Assembly (NCBI RefSeq): GCF_001194135.2
Contig: NC_069004.1
Location: 15,656,442 to 15,720,441 of the forward strand
Origin: Octopus bimaculoides
Lineage: Eukaryota
Reading direction: 5' to 3'
Length of the DNA: 64,000 nucleotides
The notes beneath the pieces are model-generated. The model saw only the letters and a program-made list of their open reading frames with translations. It ran no database searches and had not been told where the DNA came from. The position numbers and the translations under genes were made by a program. Of the stretch, positions 22,531 to 35,355 are shown one piece after another (position 1 is the first letter of the stretch; each line of letters begins with the position of its first letter).

Positions 22531-25055
22531 TATAAGATTTTCTGGGTAGGGAATACTGATGGGGTTGGGGGCATGGATATACTTCTTGCAGAGAAATAGG
22601 TTGATAAGGTAATCGAGGTAATCAGAGTCTATGATAGAATACTTAAGCTTAGATTAGTGCTGCAACGCGGATTATCTCATTATCTCAGCTTATGTCCCTC
22701 AGCCAGGGCTACCTGATGAACAGAAAGACTGATTTTTTTACGACACCCTCTTGCAGACTATCTTGTTGACGAATGACAGGGACCTTCTCTTTGTGACTGG
22801 CGACTTCAATGGGCATGTTGGACAACATGCAGGGGGATTCCATGGTGTACATGGTAGCTCTGAATTTGACTCCTGCAATGAGGAGGGAACCAGGCTGCTG
22901 GAGTTCTGTGATGCAAATAATCTTATGGTCTGTAATACTAACTTCAGGAAACCTGCCAGTCAGATTGACTACAACCTCATCAGGAAACATGAAAGATGGC
23001 TACTTATAAATGCCAAAACTCTCTCAGGTGAAGAATGCACCCCACAACATAGGTTAGTAGTTAGTGATTTCAGGATCAGGGCTAAATGGATGCCCAGAAG
23101 ATGCCCAGCATGGATCTGGAAGCTTAAGGATCCTGTGAGTGAATAGAGATTTAGAGATGTATTACTCAAAGCTTTTGATGAAATAGAGAATATAGCATCA
23201 CATAATGTGGAAGACAACTGGAGGTTCCTACAAGACAACCTGTTGCAGGCTACTGACCAGATCTGTGGATGGTGCAAAGTCCCCTCTCAACTTAATGTAA
23301 CGTGATGGAACAATGTAGTTGACAGAGCCATTAGGGAAAAGAAAGAGGCAAGGAAAGACTGGAAGAACGGTGATAGCAGGGAACTGTATCAGATCGCCAG
23401 AAAGGAAGCTAGGAGTCAGGTTTACTTAGCCAGAGGGAAAGCAGATAAGAAAATTTTGCCAATGTTCTATGTTGTGAGGACCAAAGACTTGAAGTGTTTT
23501 GTTTTGCAAGACAATGTATGAGAGAGAGAATCGTGATGTCATAAGAGAGAAATGTGTCCACATGGCGGATGGCTCGCTTGCATTTAATGAGGCTGCAAAG
23601 TGAGAGACATGGAGACACCATTATGAAAGGTTGCTAAATGAAGAGAATAAATGGGAGAAAGAGCCTGCCAAATGTTGACCCAACAGAGGGACCAGCTCTC
23701 CGAATTGAGGTACCTTAGTAGATAAAGCAATTAAGGATATGAAGACAAGGAAAGCCCCTGGCCCAACAGGAATCAATGCAGAGATGCTTAAAATATCTGG
23801 CAGTGTAGGCTATAATCTAGTCACCTGTATAGTCAATCAGGTGATACAAAAAGGAGTCATACCCAATGACTGGTGTAGCAGCACCATAGTCAACTGCTAC
23901 AAAGGTAAAGGTGACACATTAGATAGGAATAATTACAGAGGTATCAAGTTGTTGGATCAGTTGATGAAAGTCACAGAGAGGGTCACAGCCCAACTAATTA
24001 GAGAGAGAGTTAGTTTAGATGAAATGAAGTTTGGGTTTGTACCAAGGAGAAGCACCACTGATGCTATATTTCTGGTAAGACAGTTTGGAGAAATTCTTAG
24101 CCAAAGATAAACCTCTGTACTTGGATTTCATTGACATGGAGAAAGCCTTTGACAGGGTCTCCCAATTCCTTATCTAGTAGTCAATACAGAAACTAGGGAT
24201 AGATGAGTGGTTGGTGATAGTTGTACAAGCTATGTACAGTGATGCTGTCGGCAAGGTGTGGGTTGGCAACGAGTACAATGAAGAATTCCGGGTAGAGGTA
24301 GGGGTCCACCTAGGATCAGTCCTCAGCCCCCTCTTATTCATCACAGTCCTCTAGGCAATAACAGAGGAATTCAAGACAGGATGCCCCTGGGAGCTCCTCT
24401 ATGCTGATGACCTTGCTTTAATTGCTGAGTCACTACCAGAACTAGAGAAGTTTCAGGTGTGGAAGCAAGGTCAAGAATCGAAGGGCCTTAGAGTCAATCT
24501 ATCAAAAACCAAAGTCTTAGTAAGTAGGAAGGCAGACAAATCACAAATCCCTTCAAGTAGATGGCCCTACTTGATCTGTAGAAAAGGCGTAGGTAGAAAC
24601 TCCATAAGATGTACCTGGTGTAAGCTATAGACACATAAGGGGTGCAGCAATATCAAAGGAAGGCTAACTAGGAAAATAGTTTTTGTGTGTGGCAAATGCA
24701 GAGGGGCAATAAACACTGAAAATGTGTAGAAAACAGCTTCCATCACATGTCAGGGGATAAACTAGAAGTAGTTGATAGCTTCTGTTACCTAGGTGACCAA
24801 GTCAGTAGCAGGGGTGGATGTTCTGAGAGTGTAGCTGGTAGAATAAGAATAGCCTGGGCAAAGTTCAGAGAGCTCCTACCTCTGCTGGTAACAAAGGGCC
24901 TCTCGCTCAGAGTGAAAGGTAGATTGTATGACACGTGTGTGAACAGCCATGCTACATGGCAGTGAAACATTGGCTGTGACTGCTGAGGACATGTGTAAGC
25001 TTGCAAGAAATGAAGTTTGTATGCTCCACTGGATGTGTAATGTCAGTGTGCATAC
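22531..25055 (+). mobile_element. RTE-clade LINE, long copy (APE to RT/thumb) with stops and frameshifts, 3'-truncated
   Basis: GDFNGHVG, YRGIKLLDQ, FG.VP.RSTTDAIF, DMEKAFDRV, G.VLSPLLF, ELLYADDL, FCYLG and LHGSET motifs. Starts about 47 nt after the exon 2 donor. Confidence 0.93.
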
Positions 25056-26514
25056 ACTTCTGTTTTTAGAGGCCACTGGAATAGGACGCACTTCCACCTT
25101 AGCCAGAAGATCCTCCTCCTCCCCGGCAACTTTCGGTGAGCAACCATTGTTGCCCACCTTCTTTCTTTTCTTCCCTTTCTTCGAGGAGGTTTCCATCTCC
25201 TCGACTTTCTCCGTCTCTCCCTCCACTGGGAGAGCAGGGGGAACAACATTTATTAACTGTTCCAGGACCTTACTCTGGTCCTGGAGGCAGTCTTTCTTAA
25301 TGTGACCAGGCTCCAGACATAGGTGACATTTCGGGGACGTCCCTCGACTATGACTGGATATCTCTGCCTGTACATCCTTAAAAAATCTGGGAGAACCAGA
25401 TCTCTGGCTGATTGGGTCCACAGGGTCAAAACCGCTTTTGACCCAACCCAATCAGCTGTCGGTAATATTTTTATGTATAGGAGCTTGGCTCCGCTGTCAC
25501 CCAGACCCCGTCGGATAGTATCTTCTATCCAGTCAGGATCTATGCCGGGTGGCAGCCCACACACCCAAGCTCTAGTTAATTTCTTTCCACAGTATCTGGG
25601 AAGAAACAGAATTTTTTTGCCCTTCTAAGAGCTGGCTCGCAAACTTGCGAGCCACCTCAGGGATGTCAAATAGCAACCAAACCGTCGCGTATTTTGCACC
25701 CCTTGCCATAAACTTAATAGTTGGCAGATATTCTGCCAACTCTTTCTCAATGTCAACCCTGGGAAAGACCGTAATGGTGTCGAGTGACCTAGAGTAGGTC
25801 CGTAACANNNNNNNNNNNNNNNNNNNNNNNNNNNNNNNNNNNNNNNNNNNNNNNNNNNNNNNNNNNNNNNNNNNNNNNNNNNNNNNNNNNNNNNNNNNNN
25901 NNNNNNNNNNNNNNNNNNNNNNNNNNNNNNNNNNNNNNNNNNNNNNNNNNNNNNNNNNNNNNNNNNNNNNNNNNNNNNNNNNNNNNNNNNNNNNNNNNNN
26001 NNNNNNNNNNNNNNNNNNNNNNNNNNNNNNNNNNNNNNNNNNNNNNNNNNNNNNNNNNNNNNNNNNNNNNNNNNNNNNNNNNNNNNNNNNNNNNNNNNNN
26101 NNNNNNNNNNNNNGAGGAAGATTTTCCTTCAAATTTATTAGTTTTCCAAACTTGGTTTGAAAACAATAAATTTCTTTTTTTTTTTAAACAAAGTTCACAG
26201 TTTTTATTTGTAGTTTTCAAATCTTGGTTTGAAAACAACAAACTTTTCAAACTAAGTTCACAATTTTTGGAGGAGTGATACCTCCAAAACACACTTCTCA
26301 CCGCTAAGTGAGACTTTAAGCACAACCACAGGCAGACAAATGCATGGAATTCAGTGGAGATTTCTTGTTCGACATAAATAGAAATAAACACGAGCAACAA
26401 ACCCCCACTTAATCCAAAGAGCACAAAAGTCTTACCTGTAGTTGTACATCAACAATTCATGACGCTGGCATCCAGCGATGTGACAACAGCAGCGATAAAA
26501 GACACGTCCACTCG
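25056..26514 (-). mobile_element. L1/Tx1-like element 5' portion: 5'UTR plus ORF1 with CCHC zinc knuckle
   Basis: CHLCLEPGHIKKDC (CX2CX4HX4C) preceded by VIVEGRP, frameshifted; GC/CpG-rich. The 5'UTR has a ~72-bp duplicated unit and starts gagtggacgtgt. N-gap at 25808-26113. Confidence 0.75.
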
Positions 26515-26552
26515 GTAAGTGAGCTACTTAGCACACAGCCACTCCTGCGCCT
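26515..26552 (-). mobile_element. 5' head (A-box only) of a CORE-type SINE
   Basis: Reverse complement matches 63819-63856 at 32/38 nt. Confidence 0.7.
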
Positions 26553-27279
26553 TCTACGATGATATTTGTGTGATTTAGGGAAGCACTCATCTAATGCTGT
26601 AAGGAATTCCATACCTATCTTCAAGGATACTTGCAATCTGAAAACTTGGTTGTACCACAAGACCTTGGAATCTTTGTATTGTTTGTTTGGTTCCTTTATC
26701 CAATTTTGCGTGTTGTTGCTATTATTGTTATTTTTTCAGGCTTCGTTTATTTTTTTTTATTTCTCCATTCTATTTTGGATGCATAGATATTAATATTATT
26801 TAGAATTTTTCCAGATGTGAACTTGATTTTTTCCATATACCTGGCTCTAGCTAGTACTTCATTGTAGTAAGATGCATGTATGTTGAATATTGTCTCATTG
26901 GCTGACAGGTGTAATACTCTAGTAGTCACATTCCTAACTATTCTTTTTGTTATGGATGGTGTATGAGTGGACTTTACTTTTACATATCCCAGGCACTGGT
27001 TCAGTTTGTGGTATGGTTTGTATATCCCAGTTTCTAAGCTAAAAGCATCTAGGAAATTTACTTTATGGTAATTACTGTCTATTGTTATAGATAGGCTGAA
27101 ATTTTTAGATAATTTGTATAGTTTTTTCTCTATATCTCTATGTCTAACTTAGTACAATTATCTATTGCAAACATATATATATATACATGCAAACATATAT
27201 ATATATATATATATATCTATATCTCTATGTCTAACTTAGTACAATTATCTATTGCAAATAGATATATATATACATGCAA

Positions 27280-27311
<32 letters not shown>

Positions 27312-27326
27312 GTANNNNNNNNNNNN

Positions 27327-27372
<46 letters not shown>

Positions 27373-27880
27373 TAGATATAAACAATCAGCATCATTGTTT
27401 AGCGTTCATCTTCCATGCATGCATGGGTCGGACAGTTGACAGGAACTGGCCAGGTAAAAAACTACCCTAGGCAATTGTAATTGTTTTGGCAAGGTTTTTA
27501 TGGCTGAATGCATTTCCTAACACCAACCACTCTGCAGAGTGAACTCAGTGCTTTTTACATGGCACCAGCACTTACAGGGTCACCAAGTAACTCACAAGAC
27601 AAGAAATTATGAGAGGACAGGGGCATTTGTGGAGGGGAACTTGTGTCAGAAGATGAAAGGTTAGAGTGTGACAGAGATATATATTGTGTTGATTCTGCAG
27701 CTGGATGCTCTTTCTAGGAGTTGGTGTTAGGAAGAGCAACCAGCCGAAGAAACCAAGCCAAGGCAGAGAGTAGAACTTGGCACTGTGTTTTAACCAAGCT
27801 AACATGGAAGGACATTGAATGTTGTCGTTGGTTTTTTTTTTTATGATGATAATGATTAATATTGTTTATCCACTTTTCAG

Positions 27881-28026
27881 AGCTTATAAAAAGAAATGCA
27901 CGGGTCGTCTACGTAAACATCTTGCTGACCTTTGCTTACAAGCTGGTTTACCAGGCGAGGCTATTCTACACTATCAGACCTCACTGGACATACTAAAGAC
28001 AGTCAATGATTGGCTGTGGATTGGGG
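27881..28026 (+). CDS. TRAPPC9: TRAPPC9 coding exon 3 (AYKKKCTGRLRKHLADLCLQAGLPGEAILHYQTSLDILKTVNDWLWIG)
   Basis: TTTTCAG|A acceptor; GGG|GTAAGT donor, phase 2 to 1. Matches [22 protein letters not shown]...VNDFLWLG. Confidence 0.97.
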
Positions 28027-29239
28027 GTAAGTTAGATCTTGAATTGTTGTTTATACCCCTGTCAGTTCTAGTTCAACAGATTGATATAGGATGAAAGGGA
28101 TTCTAGTGCATTTTTTCTCCTTTTTGTATATGTGTCTCTTGTACTGCATTGTCCTCCTTTTTGAAGAAACTTGAGTATGTGATTTGAGGAGAATTGCTAC
28201 TGTTTCTAACTGGGAGAACATCTATGCATAGAATCCCTTATTAGCTAAGACTTGAAATTATGATTACTATTTTTATTCTTTTATATTGAATGTCATGCAT
28301 TTTGTTGGCCAGTCACTACATTTTTGAAGCATGAATGACAAAAGAGTGTCTTTGTAAATTGGGAAAAATCAATACCACAAGGTATTTTTGCCAATTTTCT
28401 GGTTGATGTTTATATCTTTCTCCAGTATATATTGTCAAAGCATGCCTGCGCACATACACACACACACACACACACTATATTACACCATATCCAGATAAAG
28501 GCTGCTCAATTGACTAGCATCAGTTGCTTGCAAACACATTCCATCTGCTCCACAGATGTGTTGTGCACCTCATTGTGCCTCATCCATCACTACCATTGTG
28601 GCCTCTGTTTCTCAGAGCCAGCTGTTCTCATGCCAACTACATTCAGACACTCCTGATTTACTCAACTCTCCTGTTCTTGTCTCCCATCCTGTATTCACTC
28701 CATCTCCAGGCACACACACTACTATGCTCAGTTTTTCCTTCCTGGAATGTCAGCTCTCTGGAATTTCATCACTGTGCTTGTTTTTCCTGCAGCACATTGA
28801 CTTTCAATAGTCCTAGCAAAATGGTAGCAACATCATTTTCACTAGTCTTGGTGGGCCTGTGTAAACCATAAGTATAATCCTTTTCTCTTGACCAAATTAA
28901 AAACAAAACCCAAAACTGAGTGCATGATAGGTTTGATTTCTAGTTAGACTGTTTCATTTCGTGAGCCCTTATGTCTTTGATAATTAGCCATAGTTAACAT
29001 TTTTGATTCCCCCTAACTTTGGCTTTATTTTCATTCTTCCAGGGTTCAACAAAATACTGGGCTCAATTCATTAGCAAAGCATGGGGCTCAATACATGATA
29101 CAGTACTGGATTTGATTGTATTTGTCTGATTTTGTGGCTTTGGACCAAAGTTAGATCTCATTATTACTATTTTTTTTCTGATTGATTTGCATCTTATTTC
29201 ATCTGACTAAGTCTCAACCAGAGACCTAAGGCTTATATA

Positions 29240-29640
29240 TATTAGATGGAGAGAAACGTCCTGAGAATGTCGGCGGTTGATGTCAACACAATTTTTTGAG
29301 TCTCATAGATTGTTGGTTTCGCTGGGATCTGGTCAAAAAATTTATCACTACCTTTCTTGATCATTCCCAGAACACCTACAACAACAAGGATGGTTTTGGT
29401 TTTTAATTGCCATGTCCTAGATATCTCAATCTCAAGGTCCTTGTATTTCAACAGTTTTTCAAATTCCTTTGCTGAGATGTTCCTATCAGTAGGTACTGTC
29501 ATATCAATTAACAGGTATGTTTTTTGTCTAAGGTCTTTGATGACGATGTCTGGTATGTTTTCATTTATTTGCCTGTCTATGTATGCCATAATCCCATAGG
29601 ATGGAAACATTCACTCCCTCAGTGACTGGCTCTGGAAAGT
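29240..29640 (-). mobile_element. R4/Dong/NeSL-like RLE C-terminal fragment
   Basis: DRQINENIPDIVIKD...LIDMTVPTD...EKLLKYKDLEIEI...VVGVLG...TADILR (PD-(D/E)xK-type RLE). Confidence 0.88.
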
Positions 29641-30639
29641 GTTTGTATTAGTTCTTAGGATGTGAGATATAGTGATAGCATATGCTCCAGTGCAAGTATT
29701 GGCCAACTCAATCATGGCTGGTTTTATATTCTGTAGGGGCAAGAACTGAATAACTGCAACAATGTGGTCAATAATCTCCACTTCATCATTGCAGAGTCTA
29801 CACTTTGTGTCTACTCATTGTGTGTGACATTAACTTGATAATTCCGAGTGAGAAGACTCTGATATTACTGTTACTATTATTATTGAGTGAGAGAGCAGTG
29901 CATGCTATGAAAGTGACAACAGGGCAAAATATATGAAGCCCAATATATCCATCATGACTACCCATCTGATTAAGGTACACCAAACACATGCATCACAACC
30001 ATATGTGTGTGACATGGTGATCTCATATCAAGATATACAGTGCAAGAAGTTGCAGGTGAGGCCTAGTTAGAATTTTCTTCAAGTCGAGTAGCCCATCCTG
30101 CTCAAATAGTCCTTGAATAAGGGTTGTTGAAGGATGTTGAACAAAACACCCATGTTTCCAGAAGTGAATTATTTAAACCCCAAAGAATCCCACTTAACAC
30201 ATGGCTATGATGCTCCCCAACTACTGCTCATGATCAGAGATGCACACATCATCAGCCACTAAGGGACATGCTCAACTGGTTAAGTTTAAGCAGCTGACAA
30301 GCAAATCTGTGTTATTAGGCAGAATATTTGCAGTATCCCATCTTTTACACAAAGACAAAACACATATACATGTTAACACTTCCAATTAGTTAAGATTAGA
30401 AGCCATAAAAGCTACTGCCTGGTATTGTATCAGGGCTTTATTATTATTATTTACTTTTAATCTGCATGTTTGTTACAATCACTTTCTGAGACACACTCAG
30501 TGTCCTAGGGTGAGTGAAGGATAAGAGATGTTACAGTATGACTGAAAGCTTAGGGAAGGGAAGTGACAAGGGCAGTAGCGAAATATCTTCATGTAATACA
30601 ACACAGACATGTTATTATTATTATTATTATTATATTATG

Positions 30640-31376
30640 TTTGGCTTTTGCTTTGTATTTGTATAAGTTGACTCCTAGTCTCACACAGACCTCAAGAGAC
30701 AACAAGTTTGAAGTTCAAGTCTGTCGAGACAAGAAAATTAAAAGTTAGTCTTAAAAGTAATTTTATAAGATAGTGTGATTTTAGGCTGACAGTGAAAGTT
30801 GTTTGCTATTATGTACATTTAAAAGTACTTTTGATAATGTTCAGATTAAAGTATTTTTGGAATTATTTAGACAGTTCCCACGTGCACTTCCCATGTGCAC
30901 TTTTTTTGAATTTCTTCCATTTTGGGATTTCCTGGTATCTGAGATAGGGAGCAATCAGCCCCTTTTGCTTTCATCCCCAGACAACAGGCATTGTTCTAGT
31001 CTTTAGGTTCCACATTTTACCAATTTCTGTTTCAAGATCTTTATACTTGCTCAGTTTTTGGTAGGTCTTGACATGATACATTTATGTTGATTGGGATAGT
31101 CATATCGATGAGGAGGCATGATTTTTGTCTGAAATCCTTCAGTATAATGGCTGGCCTATTTGCATCTATCTTTCTGTCAGTTTGAACAGCAAAGTTCCAA
31201 AGGAGTGAGATGTGATCATTTTCAAACATTAGGGGTGGTTTGTGCTACCACCAGTTTTTATATTGGGGCAGGTCCAGGTCCTTGCAAATTACACAGTGAA
31301 AATACTGTGCCTCCCTATCATGCCTGTTATTCAGCAAAAAGCTGAACACTCATATGTTATCTTTGACAGGAGTGTC
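30640..31376 (-). mobile_element. R4/Dong/NeSL-like RLE fragment with 3'UTR
   Basis: LLWNFAVQTDRKIDANRPAIILKD...LIDMTIP; (ATT)n at 30613-30635. Confidence 0.82.
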
Positions 31377-31539
31377 CAATAATAATAACAATAACCCTAA
31401 GATGGAATCTATGAACGACCTTAGAATGACAATGGTCCGAGATGTCTGGTGCCTTACTATACTCAAAAAGACCCCTACTCTGCAGGAGAAATGTTAAGAC
31501 TGGTCCTTCTGGTGGTGTAAAGCACTTTTAGCACTGTCA

Positions 31540-31980
31540 TGTAAAAGTACCTATATGGTGCCTCATAAAAGCGCCTGTGTGGTGCCATGTAAAAGCACCC
31601 ATGCATTGCCGCATAAAAGCACACTCTGTAAAGTGGTTGGTGTCAGGAAGGGTATCCAGCTGTAGAAACCATTCCAAATCAGACTGGAGTCTGGTGCAGC
31701 TCCCTGGCAAGCCAGTTCTGGCCAAACTGTCCAACCCATGCCAGCATGGACAACAGACATTAAATGATTATAATGATAATATATATTCTTTTATTCTTTT
31801 ACTTGTTTTAGTCATTTGACTGCAGCCATGCTGAGCACGACCTTGAAGGATTTTAGTTGAATGGGTTCACCCAAGGACTTGTTTATAAGTTCTAGTACTT
31901 CTTCTACCATTCTCTTTTACTGAACTAAGTTATGGGGATGTAAACACATGAACACTGGTTGTCAAGTAGTGAAGGATTAC
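31540..31980. mobile_element. RTE/SINE 3' tail (+, 31540-31780) adjoining a SINE family B fragment (-, 31785-31980)
   Basis: aacccatgccagcatggacaacagacattaaatgat tail; gtcatttgactgcagccatgctg is the reverse complement of the family B tail. Confidence 0.65.
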
Positions 31981-32029
31981 CTGTCAGTTGAAACCTGAAT
32001 TACAGGAAGGATCTTCATTATCATGATCA

Positions 32030-34030
32030 TCGTTAAACGTTTGTTTTCGATGCTGGCTTGGGTTGGATGGTGTGACAGGAGTTGATTAGCTAGAGGGCTG
32101 CACCAGGCACTAGTTGTCTGTTTTGGCATGGTTTCAATGGCTGGATGCCCTTCTTAACACCAACCACTTTACAGAGTATACTGGTGTTTTTACGTGGTGC
32201 CAGAATGGGTGCCCTCTACGTGGTACTGACATGGTTGCTTCTTACATGGTGCCAGGATGGGTGCTCTCTTTTTACATGGCGCTGGCACAAGTGCTTTCTA
32301 TGTGACACCAGCACAGGTACTTTCTACATGGCATCGGCATAGGTGCTTTTTATTAGGCACTAGCACAGGTGCTATGTGACAATAGTACCCATGAGGTCAC
32401 CAAGTGGTTAGCAAGTCAAAGACATTTCAGCTGAGAGGGAAAGAGGAACTGAGAGAAGTGGCTGTGTGCCAGGTGGGAGGTTGGAGTATAATAAAGGGTC
32501 AGGGATAGCTATCTTACTACAGAGGAGATACTTGGCTACCCCAGTAGGACAAGGAAGCAGAGGGAGGTGGGGGAGAGAAAGATAAAGACAGTCAGAGTGA
32601 GAGAGAGAGGGTCTGCCCACAGGGAACAGTGTGGGTGGGGAGTAAAGGTAGCACAGAGGAGATGGAGGAGGTGTATCAGAACGTGAAGAAAGATATTTAG
32701 AGATAGCAAAGGATGTTGAGAGGAACTGGAGGGACCTGCCGCAGGTTGTGGGGGTTTTGGGGAGATGGCCGTGGGTGAGTTTTACCAGAGGACAGAATTA
32801 TGTGCATGTGCGTGTGAGGAGAAGGGCTGTTATCAATGTAAAGGATATGCCTGTATGTATGGATGGCCATGACTTAGCTTGCCTTGTCTTGTCAAGCACA
32901 ACAAATTGCCAGATGTCATGGTCCCTTGTCATCTCTTCTGTGAGGCTCAATATTTGAAGATCCTTTCTCCTCACTTTGTCCCATATCTTCCTGGGTTTAC
33001 CACTTCCACAGGTTCCCTTCACAATTAGAGATTGGCACTTCTCTATGCAGCTGTCCTCATCCATATGTATCACATGACCACAACAGTGCAATCTTCTCTC
33101 TTGCACACTACATCTGATAACTCGTATACCCAATTTTTCTCTCAAATAATTTTTCACACTCTGTCATATAACCACACTTACATTACCCATCCAATGGAGC
33201 ATGCTGGCTTCTTTTCCTTCAAGCCTTCACTTGTCTTCTATAGCCACAGCCCATGTTTCAGTGCTGTATAGCATAGTTGTACATACACAGGCGTCATACA
33301 GTTTGCCTTTCACTCTGAGTGAGAGCCCCTGTGTTAGCAACAAAGGTAGCAGCTCTCTGAACTTGCTGTAGTTCATTCATATTCTAGCAGCTATACTTTC
33401 AGAGCTTCTTCCTTCTCTGCTAACTTGGTGACTTATGTAATGGAAACTATCTACTACTTCTAAAGATCATCCTAGTCATTTGAGGAGTCTATTTTCTGTA
33501 CATTCCTAGTGTTTATTGTATCTGCACATCACAAAGACTACTTTCTCTGTTAACCTTCCTGCGAAACCACTGTAGCTCATGTGTCTATAGCTTGCTCTGG
33601 GTACACCATATGGAGTTTCTACCAACATATTGAGCAGGGCCATCTCATTTTAGGGATCACTGCTTTGTCTGTTTTCCTACTTATTAGGACTTTAATCTTT
33701 GCTAGATTAACTCTAAAGCTCTTTGATTCCAGACCTTGCTTCTATACCTGAAATTTTTTCTCTAGTTCTGCTAGTGATTCAGCAATAAGAATAAGGTCAT
33801 CAGCATAGAAGAGCTCCCAAGGACAACCAGTCTTAAATTCCTCTGTTATGGTGTGGAGCACTATGATAAACAAGAGGGGGCTGAGGTGAACTTCTGCCTG
33901 TACACTAAATTCCATGCTATATTTATTTCCAACTTTCACCTTACTGACAGCATCCCTGTACATGGCTTGTGCAACTCCCCATCCACTCATCTATCCCTGC
34001 CTTCTGCATTGCCCACCAGACAAGGAGGCA
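32030..34030 (-). mobile_element. RTE LINE 3' half with 3'UTR (decayed)
   Basis: QAMYRDAVSKVKVGN, PWELFYADDL, REKLGIR.IRCSVQERRL. Confidence 0.85.
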
Positions 34031-34049
34031 AGGGACTTTGGCTTTTGTT

Positions 34050-34450
34050 CAGGACATGTGTAAGCTTGCAAGGAATGAAGCCAGTGTGCTCCGCTGGATG
34101 TGTAATGTCAGTATGCATACTCGACAGAGTGTAAGTACCTTGAGAGAAAAGTTGGACCTAAGAAGCATCAGATGTGGTGTGCAAGAGAGACGACTGTGCT
34201 GGTATGAGGATAGCTGTGTGAAAAAGTGCCACACCCTAGCGGTTGAGGGAACCTGTGGAAGAGGTAGACCCATGAAGACCTGGGATAAGGTGGTGAAGCA
34301 CGACCTTCGAACATTAGGCCTCACCGAGGGAATAACTAGTGACTGAGACCTTTGGAAATATGCTGTGCTTGAGAAGACCCGGCAAGACAAGTGAGACCAT
34401 AACCCATGGCCTGTGCCAAGGGTGTAACCAGCCCACTTATGTGTACCTTT
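34050..34450 (+). mobile_element. RTE LINE short 3' fragment
   Basis: LARNEASVLRWMCNVS...GTCGRGRP.KTWDKVVKHDL. Confidence 0.85.
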
Positions 34451-34989
34451 CCTTCATTATATAACACTGGGCAACAAAAAATATTTTTTTGTCTGGTGCT
34501 TTGAATATTTCAACACATTCTTAAGTGATTTTGCCTGCTAAATTCAAAAATAACATCAGGTCTAGTTTTCTGACTAAACCTGATAGAGAAAGTATTATCA
34601 ATGACTTACAGTGAACTGCTTACCAACCCGAACTTCCAATCACTCACAGTTCTTTAATTTATAACAATGAGTCAGTCCACCTTTAGCTACTTTTGGGGTG
34701 GTCAGAATCCTTTCACAACAGGTAGGAAGTATGGTTGTTATTGTTATTATCGAAGAGGGTGGTGGATTGCTAGAATCATGTGAGCATTGGAGAAAAATAT
34801 CATACAGTATTTGTTCTAACTTTCTACATTCTGAGTTCAATTTCTGCTGAGGTCAGCTTTGCCTTTCATCTTTCTGAGCTCAATTGAATTAGGTAACAGT
34901 CAAATACTGGGGTTGATGTAATCAGCTTATCCCCTTCCCTCAAAATTGCTGGCCTTGTGTGTAAATTAGAGAACATTATTATTATTATT

Positions 34990-35311
34990 GTTCAGTAGTT
35001 TTATTTTTATAATGTGCTTTCACTTCACTACCGAGCTCAGCTCTGTGTGCCTTGGGTATGTGCCTTGGGTATGTGCTTGGGTATGTGCTCTTATGGTTAC
35101 TGTATTGAAAGTATTTTGCGTAGGATGCGTGCAGTGCCCAGTAGTGCAATTTTCTGTATGTTATATATATTTGTAAGTCCTGGTGTTTTTGTTATGTATT
35201 TGTCTGAATATTTTTTTATTATACCTAAGGCACCTACTATGATAGGAATTGTTTCTGTTTTTAGATTCCACATTCGAGTTACCTCTGTTTCCAGGTCTTT
35301 TATTATTATTG

Positions 35312-35355
<44 letters not shown>

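Noticed and set aside
22713-22730. Other CTGATGA...GAAA matches (22713 +, about 59515 -, about 56515 -)
   Set aside because: Stem II cannot form or GAAA is misplaced; the first is RTE coding sequence.
27130-27260. Duplicated 41-bp unit within (AT)n
   Set aside because: Low-complexity context next to an N-gap; slippage or an assembly artefact.
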